From the IMG/VR virus record IMGVR_UViG_2863231158_000001: a stretch of 64,000 bases of DNA. One strand, written 5' to 3'. Within the stretch, counting starts at the first letter, position 1; each line of letters opens with the position of its first letter. A model generated the notes under the pieces. The model saw nothing but the letters and a program-made list of their open reading frames with translations. It was not told the origin of the DNA and searched no databases. Positions 57,305 through 64,000 of this stretch are shown here, in pieces. This DNA comes from a virus. Its lineage: Duplodnaviria > Caudoviricetes. Both the position numbers and the translations under genes were made by a program.

Positions 57305-58284
57305 TGGCGGAGCCCGGGACGCTCGCGCAAGCCCGCTATGCCGACGTTCAGGGTATTTCCCGAAGCGTTGTTGAAGCGGTGCAAGCTTTGTGGCGGGACG
57401 TGAGTCCGGACCGGATTCTGTCCGCGATGCAGGGTGAGACCGGGCGGCAGATCCTCGCTGCTGTCATGGCGGGTCAGATGTCTGCCGCCGCGGGTGCACA
57501 GGCTTTCGTCAGCGCTTCAATTCTCGCTGCGGGCGCGGGATTTGGGCCGCTCGGCATGGTGGACCCTGCGGCATTCGTGGGGCTCGCGTCGGACGCGCGT
57601 CCGCTTGCCTCGCTGCTGTACCTTCCGGCGATTCGTACCGCGCAAGCTCTCGCGGTGGGACAGTCCGCGGAAGCTGCCTCGCTCGCGGGGCTGAACCAAC
57701 TGTCCATGTTGGTGGGCACGCAGATTACGGACACCGCGCGTGCGGCTACGTCGGTCGCCATGGCTGCCGAGCCCCGCTGTGTCTCGTACGTCCGGGTGGT
57801 GCGGTTGCCCGCGTGTGCCCGCTGCATCATCCTGTCCGGTCGTCAGTATTCGTACTCGACCGGGTTCAAGCGTCATCCGCGCTGTGACTGTGGAATGCAG
57901 CCGATGACGGATTCCGAGTGGCGGCAGACCAAGACGCCCGAGGACCTGTTCCGTCAGATGAGCCCCGAGGAACAGCGGAAGCGTCTCGGGCCCGCAGCGC
58001 TCAAGGCACTTGAGGCGGGGGCGGACCTTGGGCAGCTCGTCAATGCCCGCCGTGGACTGGCTACGGCTGCCACGGGGCGGGGGCCGGTAAAGGTCACGAC
58101 CGAGGGCACCACCAAACGCGGAATCGGCGGCAAGGCACTGAACGCCGGTTTCCAGAAGAACCCCGGCAGCCGATACGAGCGCTCGAAAGAGTCGCGGCTT
58201 ATGCCGGAAACCATCTTCGACCTCGCAGGGGACTCCCGCGAGCACCAAATAGCGATGCTCAAGAAGCACGGCTACATCACGTAG
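57304..58284 (+). CDS. Minor capsid / head morphogenesis protein
   Basis: LPACARCIIL...FKRHPRCDC. Confidence 0.8.
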   Translation: MAEPGTLAQARYADVQGISRSVVEAVQALWRDVSPDRILSAMQGETGRQILAAVMAGQMSAAAGAQAFVSASILAAGAGFGPLGMVDPAAFVGLASDARPLASLLYLPAIRTAQALAVGQSAEAASLAGLNQLSMLVGTQITDTARAATSVAMAAEPRCVSYVRVVRLPACARCIILSGRQYSYSTGFKRHPRCDCGMQPMTDSEWRQTKTPEDLFRQMSPEEQRKRLGPAALKALEAGADLGQLVNARRGLATAATGRGPVKVTTEGTTKRGIGGKALNAGFQKNPGSRYERSKESRLMPETIFDLAGDSREHQIAMLKKHGYIT

Positions 58285-58292
58285 GGGGACAC

Positions 58293-58883
58293 ATGGCAGA
58301 CGACCCGGAGAACACCCCGGGCAGCGAGCCCGAGGGCGACCAGGGCGAGGCCAAGCACGAGCACCAGGACCAGGGCGACGGCGGCAAGCCCGCGGGGGCG
58401 AGCGGCGACCAGGACCGGGGCGAGGACGAGCACCAGGACCAGGGCGACGAACTGTCCGCGGAGCGCAAGGCGCGTGCGGCTGCCGAGAAGGAAGCGGCTC
58501 GGCTCCGCCGCGCGAATGCAGCGCAGCGAGGCACGGACCTTGACGCTCTGCGGACGGAGATTCGGGGCGAGTTCACGGCACAGCTCGTGCGCGCCGAGGT
58601 CCGCGCGGCTGCCGCTGGTCGGCTCCGTGACCCTGCGGACGCGCTCGCCCTGGTGGACGTTGCCGCTCTAGCCGGCGACGGGGGCGACGTAGACACCGCG
58701 GCCATCAACAAGGCTGTGGACGAACTGTTGAAGGCAAAGCCGTACCTCGCCGCGGAGTCGAGTGCGGGCACGACCACCCCGGCCCCGTGGGGCGACGTGG
58801 GCAGCGGGCAGCGCGAGGACCCGGGCGAGCCCGAGCCCGCCACTCCGCACGAGCGGCTACGGCGCGCGTACGGCACGAGCTGA
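58293..58883 (+). CDS. Capsid scaffolding protein
   Basis: EVRAAAAGRLRDPADAL, KPYLA. Confidence 0.8.
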   Translation: MADDPENTPGSEPEGDQGEAKHEHQDQGDGGKPAGASGDQDRGEDEHQDQGDELSAERKARAAAEKEAARLRRANAAQRGTDLDALRTEIRGEFTAQLVRAEVRAAAAGRLRDPADALALVDVAALAGDGGDVDTAAINKAVDELLKAKPYLAAESSAGTTTPAPWGDVGSGQREDPGEPEPATPHERLRRAYGTS

Positions 58884-58922
58884 CCACCTATATGTAGAAA
58901 CCTTTCTTCTCTTTCCTTTCTG

Positions 58923-58955
58923 AGGGACGCACCCGCCGAGGGTCGTCCCTTTTTT
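58923..58955 (+). terminator. Intrinsic terminator-like hairpin between scaffold and capsid
   Basis: AGGGACG...CGTCCCT followed by a T run, in an AT-rich intergenic region. Confidence 0.55.
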
Positions 58956-58982
58956 CATGCCCAAATCAGGGGGATTTTCTCA

Positions 58983-59939
58983 ATGGCTCTTACTCTGCCC
59001 GAGGCGGCAAAGCTTTCCACGACCGAGCTTCAGCGGGGTGTTGTGGAGACGTTCGTTCAGGAGTCCAGCATTCTGGACCGGATTCCGTTGCTGACGATTG
59101 AGGGCAACGCGTACGCCTACAACGAAGAGGCGACGCTTCCGGGTGTGGCTTTCCGTTCGGTCAATGAGGCGTACCCGGAGTCCACGGGCACCGTGAACCA
59201 GAAGAGCGAGACTCTGACGATTCTCGGCGGTGACGCTGACGTGGACCGGTTCATTGTCCAGACCCGCGGCAACCTCAATGATCAGCGTGCGATTCAGACG
59301 CGCATGAAGGTCAAGGCAGCGTCGTACAAGTTCGCGGAGACGTTCTTCAACGGCGACGTGGCTACCGACCCCAAGTCCTTTGATGGTCTGCGGAAGCGCC
59401 TGACGGGCTCGCAGGTCATTTCGGCGGGCAAGGATGGCGCTCCGATCGTGGGTGCTGGTGCCGAGGACTCGCACAAGTTCTTTGACCTCCTGGACCAGCT
59501 CGTTGCGCAGGTCCCGGGGCTGAACAGCACGAACGGCGCGATCTACGCCAACCGTCAGGTCATTGCGAAGATTCGCAGCGCCGCGCGCCGGATCGGCGGT
59601 TTTGAGATGGTCCGCGAGGCCATTACCGGAAAGCTCGTCTCGACCTACAACGGGGTTCCGCTGCTGGACCCGGGCCAGACTGCCGCGGGCGCGGACATCC
59701 TTCCGCAGACCGAGACGCAGGGCACGGCCACGGACGCGAGTTCCGTCTACGCCGTGAAGTTCGGGCAGTCCGAGGACGACCGGGCCGTGACGGGTCTGAC
59801 CAACGGCGGCATTCAGGTAACGGACCTCGGCGAGATGGAGTCCAAGCCCGCGTACCGCACGCGCATCGAGTTCTACACCGGACTCGCTGTGTTCGGCGGC
59901 AAGGCTGCCGCGCGCCTTAACGGTGTCCTCGCCAAGTAG
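58983..59939 (+). CDS. Major capsid protein
   Basis: MALTLPEAAKL, GNAYAYNEE.TLPGVAFR, GGDADVDRF, FDGL, AARLNGV. Confidence 0.88.
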   Translation: MALTLPEAAKLSTTELQRGVVETFVQESSILDRIPLLTIEGNAYAYNEEATLPGVAFRSVNEAYPESTGTVNQKSETLTILGGDADVDRFIVQTRGNLNDQRAIQTRMKVKAASYKFAETFFNGDVATDPKSFDGLRKRLTGSQVISAGKDGAPIVGAGAEDSHKFFDLLDQLVAQVPGLNSTNGAIYANRQVIAKIRSAARRIGGFEMVREAITGKLVSTYNGVPLLDPGQTAAGADILPQTETQGTATDASSVYAVKFGQSEDDRAVTGLTNGGIQVTDLGEMESKPAYRTRIEFYTGLAVFGGKAAARLNGVLAK

Positions 59940-59956
59940 CCGAGAGGGGCACGGAA

Positions 59957-60115
59957 TTGCCGCCGCGTAAGCGTGCAGCGTCCTCCCCGAAGGTGCCGCA
60001 CACCGATGCGTGCACGGTTCCGGACCGAATCGAGAGCTTCCCGGTTCTCGACTCGGACGGGACCTCGCGCACGGTGACGCGGTGTCTGGCGTGCGGCGCT
60101 CAGACAGTGAAATAG
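59957..60115 (+). CDS. 52-aa Cys-containing peptide (TTG start)
   Basis: GAGAGGGG RBS; MPPRKR...RCLACG. Confidence 0.5.
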   Translation: MPPRKRAASSPKVPHTDACTVPDRIESFPVLDSDGTSRTVTRCLACGAQTVK

Positions 60116-60129
60116 CGGGAGGGCACGTA

Positions 60130-60666
60130 ATGGCTCTCCCCGCATTGGCCACCACGGACCAGCTCGCCGCATGGATGCAGCGCGAGCGGGACGAGCTGCC
60201 CGAGGGCGCTGCCCTGGTCCTCGATGTGGCGTCCCGCATCGTACGGACGGAAGCTCGGCAGAACTTCACGCGGGGCACCAGCTCGGCGACGCTCTACCCC
60301 CGCGAGGGGTGGGCGGCGCTGCCGCAGCGTCCCGTGATCTCCGTGCAGGAGGTTCGGCGCGGCGGGCAGCTCGTCCCCCCGGACCGCTGGCAGCTCGTCC
60401 GGGACCGGGTGCGCGTCCTCGGCGGCGACCAGGCCGTGACCGTCACCTACACCCACGGATACGCGAGCGTCCCCGCGGACGTGCTCGCCGTGGTGCTGAC
60501 CCTCGCATCCCGGGTGCTCACGAACCCGTCCGATCTTCGGCAAGAGTCCGTGGGCAGCGTGTCCGTCACCTACTCCGCCGAGACCATCGGGGCGAGCCTC
60601 GCCCCTGCGGACCGGGACCTACTCGCCCGGTACCGGCGACGTGTGGCGGTGGTGGGTCTGCTGTGA
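60130..60666 (+). CDS. Head-tail adaptor
   Basis: LATTDQL, VTYTHGY..VPADV, ESVGSVSVTY. Confidence 0.8.
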   Translation: MALPALATTDQLAAWMQRERDELPEGAALVLDVASRIVRTEARQNFTRGTSSATLYPREGWAALPQRPVISVQEVRRGGQLVPPDRWQLVRDRVRVLGGDQAVTVTYTHGYASVPADVLAVVLTLASRVLTNPSDLRQESVGSVSVTYSAETIGASLAPADRDLLARYRRRVAVVGLL

Positions 60667-61007
60667 CGCTCCACTACACACAGACGGTCGTGCTCCTGCG
60701 GGCTCCGTTCATCACGGACCGGTACGGCAACACCACGTCGGACCGGGATTGGGACCGGTCCACCAGGACCACGGTCCGCCGCGTGTCCGTGCAGCCCGAC
60801 ACGTCCGCCGAGGACACCGGGGACCGTCCCGTTGTCGTCACCGGGTGGCGCCTGGTCACGCGTACCGGGGTCGACCTAGACCTAGCGCCCGGGGACCGCG
60901 TGGTTGCGCTCGGGCGGGTGCTCGACGTCGACGGGGACGTTGCCCGCTGGACGCTCGGGGGCCGACACCACCACACGGAAGCCCGCCTAAAGGAGGTGAG
61001 CGGGTGA
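60663..61007 (+). CDS. Head-to-tail stopper
   Basis: DRYGN...DW, VQP, DRV...VDG, HHTE. Confidence 0.78.
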   Translation: MTLHYTQTVVLLRAPFITDRYGNTTSDRDWDRSTRTTVRRVSVQPDTSAEDTGDRPVVVTGWRLVTRTGVDLDLAPGDRVVALGRVLDVDGDVARWTLGGRHHHTEARLKEVSG

Positions 61008-61255
61008 GGTTCCAGCCCAACAGGCAAGGGATCAACTCCCTGATGAAAACCCCCGAGACAGGCGCCGAGGTCCGCCGCATTGCCGAGCGCATCGCGTCGG
61101 CTGCCGCGGGCGCCGAGGGCGACTTTCGCACCGACGCAGCGTTGGGCGCCCGTCGATGGCGAGCAGCTGTGATCGGTAACTACAACTGGTCGAAATCCGG
61201 GGGTGCGGCGGGCTCGCGGCGGGACCTGTTGCGCGGGCTCGGCGGTGGTGAATGA
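61004..61255 (+). CDS. Small neck/tail completion protein
   Basis: AAGGAGG RBS; FQPNRQGINSLMK. Confidence 0.65.
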   Translation: MRFQPNRQGINSLMKTPETGAEVRRIAERIASAAAGAEGDFRTDAALGARRWRAAVIGNYNWSKSGGAAGSRRDLLRGLGGGE

Positions 61256-61665
61256 GGAACCGTCCCGCCATCGTCATGCCCGATGCGGTGGCCGTGGTGA
61301 CGGGCTATCTCCGGTCCGCCCTCGCGGCAGCCGGCGAACCCGTCCCGGTTGTCTCCCGCATCCCAACTCCACGCCCCCACCGGTTCGTTCGCGTCGAACG
61401 GATCGGGGGGTCTTCGCCGACTCCGGTCACAGACCGGGCCCGACTCGACTTCCACGCGTGGGCGACGCGCGAGGACCAGGCGCACGACTTGTGCGCGCTG
61501 GTGCGAGGTCTGCTCGGCGCGATTCCCGGAGTCCGCGGCGGGGTCACGGTCTACAGCGTGACCGAGGTGGGGGGCCCGCAGTGGCTCCCCGATGACCAGA
61601 GTTCGCAACCACGCTACGCGTTCGCGGCCGAGGTGCACATGCGCGGGCGGCCATTTTCCTTATAG
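61252..61665 (+). CDS. Tail terminator
   Basis: PDA, FVRVERIGG, GGPQWLPD...PRY. Confidence 0.8.
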   Translation: MRNRPAIVMPDAVAVVTGYLRSALAAAGEPVPVVSRIPTPRPHRFVRVERIGGSSPTPVTDRARLDFHAWATREDQAHDLCALVRGLLGAIPGVRGGVTVYSVTEVGGPQWLPDDQSSQPRYAFAAEVHMRGRPFSL

Positions 61666-61671
61666 GTGCTA

Positions 61672-62229
61672 TCACTCAGCGCCATATTCATCGAGTGCCG
61701 CTCTGGCTTGCTTGATGAATATCTCCAAAGATCCATGAGCGGCGTCGAATGAACACCGAAGCTGCCTCACTGATTGGCTCACGTCACGGCGCGCGTTCTC
61801 CACCGACCTGCCTTCGGAGTTGCGTCGGATGAAAACAAGCATCCCTGTGTGAGCAACGCCGTAGCTGTACACGACGGAGGAGACGGCAGCATGAATCTCT
61901 GATGCGGCTTGGGCCACTGGTTCGGGGCCAGCAAGAGCGACAGCCTGCCAGGCTTTCTGCACTTCTGATTGCTTCTCTATCAGGCGCATATAGAGATCAT
62001 CGCTGAAGTTGACAACACCGGGGCCCCGGTATGCCTCAAGGAAGCTTGAAGTAGCCGAGATCATTTCTCCATAGATTCTTTCTCGCGGCTCACGACGTTG
62101 CCTCAAATGCTCCGCGCGGGCTGCTGTCCGCGCGGAGTGCATTTGTGCCCATGCAGCTGTGAGCGCTGCCACGCCGGTGCCTGTGGCTACTGCAAATGCG
62201 CCAAGTGCGGCTGCTAATCCTGCGTCCAT
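61672..62229 (-). CDS. Antisense moron: N-terminal membrane helix plus helical domain
   Basis: MDAGLAAALGAFAVATGTGVAALTAAW...RREPRERIY; lower GC than neighbours. Confidence 0.7.
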   Translation of the reverse strand: MDAGLAAALGAFAVATGTGVAALTAAWAQMHSARTAARAEHLRQRREPRERIYGEMISATSSFLEAYRGPGVVNFSDDLYMRLIEKQSEVQKAWQAVALAGPEPVAQAASEIHAAVSSVVYSYGVAHTGMLVFIRRNSEGRSVENARRDVSQSVRQLRCSFDAAHGSLEIFIKQARAALDEYGAE

Positions 62230-62293
62230 GAGCGGAAATTCTACATCCATGCGCCTGCCGCAGCACATTTACTAACCAAAAGATGGGGGTCTC

Positions 62294-62857
62294 ATGCCTC
62301 TAAACGCCAATGCCGTGCGCGTCGCTATTACCGGCGCCGCGTACGTGGCTCCACCTAAGTCCAAGCTTCCGACTGATTCCACGAGTGGTTGGGATGCCGC
62401 CTTTGTTGATATCGGCTGGATCTCGGATGACGGGATTACCGAAGCGAACTCGACGGACGCGAGTGAGATCAAGGGATGGCAGGGCGGGCAGACCGTCCGC
62501 AAGGTCATTTCGTCTAGCGAAATGACGTTCCAGTTCACGGCCATTGAGACCAACAAGACGGTCCTTGAGCTGTACCACAAGGGCTCGAAGGTCGCGACGG
62601 CCAGCGGCAAGAGTGTCCTCGCCATCAAGGCACCCGGGCCGGATCGCCGCAGTTTCGGTTTCGACGTCATCGACGGTAACTCTCATATCCGCATTGTTGT
62701 GCCGGACGGCGAGGTGACCGAGACCGGCGATATCACGTATAAGGGCGACGAGGCCATTGCCTACGAGCTGACCATTACCGCTTATCCCGGTGCTGACGGA
62801 ACGGTGGCCTACAAGTACTCCGATGACCCGGCATGGGGGGTAGCGCCTGCCGCTTGA
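62294..62857 (+). CDS. Major tail tube protein
   Basis: TGAAYVAP, IGWISDDG, IKGWQGG..VR, YELTITAYP. Confidence 0.88.
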   Translation: MPLNANAVRVAITGAAYVAPPKSKLPTDSTSGWDAAFVDIGWISDDGITEANSTDASEIKGWQGGQTVRKVISSSEMTFQFTAIETNKTVLELYHKGSKVATASGKSVLAIKAPGPDRRSFGFDVIDGNSHIRIVVPDGEVTETGDITYKGDEAIAYELTITAYPGADGTVAYKYSDDPAWGVAPAA

Positions 62858-62898
62858 TCCTTTTGCAGGAACGTTCCTTCTTTGATTGAGGTATTGCT

Positions 62899-63210
62899 AT
62901 GAGTGCACCTTTTGATCTTGATGTTTGGGTGAAGGAAGCCCGTCGGGAGCCTTTTAAGTTCACGCTCGCGGGCAACATTTTCACGATGCCCGCTGCGGGT
63001 GAGCTGGACAAGTCGATTCTTAACGCGGTCAACGTTGACAATCCGAGCGCCCGGGACATTGAGGCACTGCTCAGGTCCGGGCTCGGCGACCAGTGGACTC
63101 TCTTTGATGAAATACCGGTTCCGCTTGCTGCTCTCGGTGAGCTGTTCCGTCAGTGGCAGAAGCACGAGGGTGCTCCGGTGGGGGAATCCGGGGCCTCTTC
63201 CGGCTCCTGA
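62899..63210 (+). CDS. Tail assembly chaperone
   Basis: FDLD start; slippery G GGG GAA at 63180-63186. Confidence 0.8.
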   Translation: MSAPFDLDVWVKEARREPFKFTLAGNIFTMPAAGELDKSILNAVNVDNPSARDIEALLRSGLGDQWTLFDEIPVPLAALGELFRQWQKHEGAPVGESGASSGS

Positions 63211-63608
63211 GTGAGCACGGGGAGGCCATAGAGGCAGACCTACAGCGTTTTTACGGTCTCGATATTCGGGACCTTTTCAGGCCCGGTGCGGGGCTGACGT
63301 GGCGCCGGTTGCGGGCTCTGATCATGGGGTTGCCCGCGGAATCTGCACTGCACCGGTCGATGGGTGGCGAGGACGCCGTTTGGACCCTTCAAACGCAGTT
63401 GCTTGCCGCGGTGCATGACCGTCTGAGCGAGGCGAATTGGCAGCGCGGTAACGCGGGTTCAAAGACGCCGAGCCGACGTCCCTCGCCGATTCCTCGCCCG
63501 GGTTTCCGGGCCGACCGGATCGGGCGGACCGATCGGAGCCCCGAGCACGTTGCCGCCTATCTCGCGCGGTTTCAGTCGACCCGCGAGGGGGTGACCGATG
63601 GCCGTTGA
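63180..63608 (+). CDS. Tail assembly chaperone -1 frameshift extension
   Basis: -1 frame EHGEAIEADLQRFYG...LTWRRL...PIPRPG. Confidence 0.78.
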   Translation, partial: GGIRGLFRLLSEHGEAIEADLQRFYGLDIRDLFRPGAGLTWRRLRALIMGLPAESALHRSMGGEDAVWTLQTQLLAAVHDRLSEANWQRGNAGSKTPSRRPSPIPRPGFRADRIGRTDRSPEHVAAYLARFQSTREGVTDGR

Positions 63609-64000
63609 GGTCGGCGTGGGCTATGTGTCCGTGGTCCCGGAAGTTCAGGGGTTCGGGCAGCGCCTACAGCAGGAAGTCACCGGCCCCGCGGATGCGGCGG
63701 GGCAGGGTGCGGGCGGGGCAGCCGGCGAGGGCTTCAAGTCCAAGATGGGCGGAGTCCTTAAGGCCGGAATCGCCGGTATCGGTGTGGCCGCTGGTGCGGT
63801 GCTCGTCAAGGGGTTCCAGAATGCGCTAGATCAGCAGTCCATCAACAACCGGATTCAGGCACAGCTCGGCAGCACGCCGAAGGACGCCAAGCGCTATGGC
63901 GATGTCGCCGGACAGCTTTATGCGCACGGGGTCACGGACAACGTGCAGGATGCGGCTAACGTCATCCGGTCGGTCCTGGAATCCGGAATCGCCCCGCCGG
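63598..64000 (+). CDS. Tape measure protein, 5' part (truncated by the window edge)
   Basis: MAVEVGVGYVSVVP..., Ala/Gly-rich open frame to the edge. Confidence 0.85.
   Translation, partial: MAVEVGVGYVSVVPEVQGFGQRLQQEVTGPADAAGQGAGGAAGEGFKSKMGGVLKAGIAGIGVAAGAVLVKGFQNALDQQSINNRIQAQLGSTPKDAKRYGDVAGQLYAHGVTDNVQDAANVIRSVLESGIAPP

Larger units (their letters stand above)
49204..64000 (+). mobile_element. Prophage 2 (serine-integrase tailed phage), continues beyond the window
   Basis: Integrase, HNH, terminase, portal, capsid, tail order; visibly more A/T-ending codons than flanking host genes. Confidence 0.88.

Overview
High-GC actinobacterial DNA, very likely Streptomyces, in three parts. (1) 1-~41250 is an apparently complete tailed prophage (prophage 1): tyrosine integrase, repressor/Cro switch, primase-helicase, iteron origin, SSB, head, tail and lysis genes. 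Its right end abuts a tRNA with anticodon CAT (probably Ile2). Between its replication and packaging modules lies a ~7.4 kb Streptomyces plasmid-type conjugation cassette: HTH regulator, Spd-like membrane proteins, TraB/FtsK translocase, clt-like 8-mer repeats and a KilB-like gene. This makes it a candidate conjugative prophage and the main finding. (2) ~41250-49200 is host DNA: tRNA-Ile2, two tRNA-Asn, a YtxH-like gene, an FGGY kinase, a heterodimeric ABC exporter and sigma factor hrdA. (3) ~49200-64000 is a second prophage (prophage 2) with a large serine integrase, inserted just upstream of hrdA. A ~900 bp non-coding tract with a 60-bp-period repeat array and a tRNA-like RNA follows the integrase, then two HNH genes and head/tail genes that run off the window. 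All calls come from reading motifs and gene order by eye; no database searches were run.
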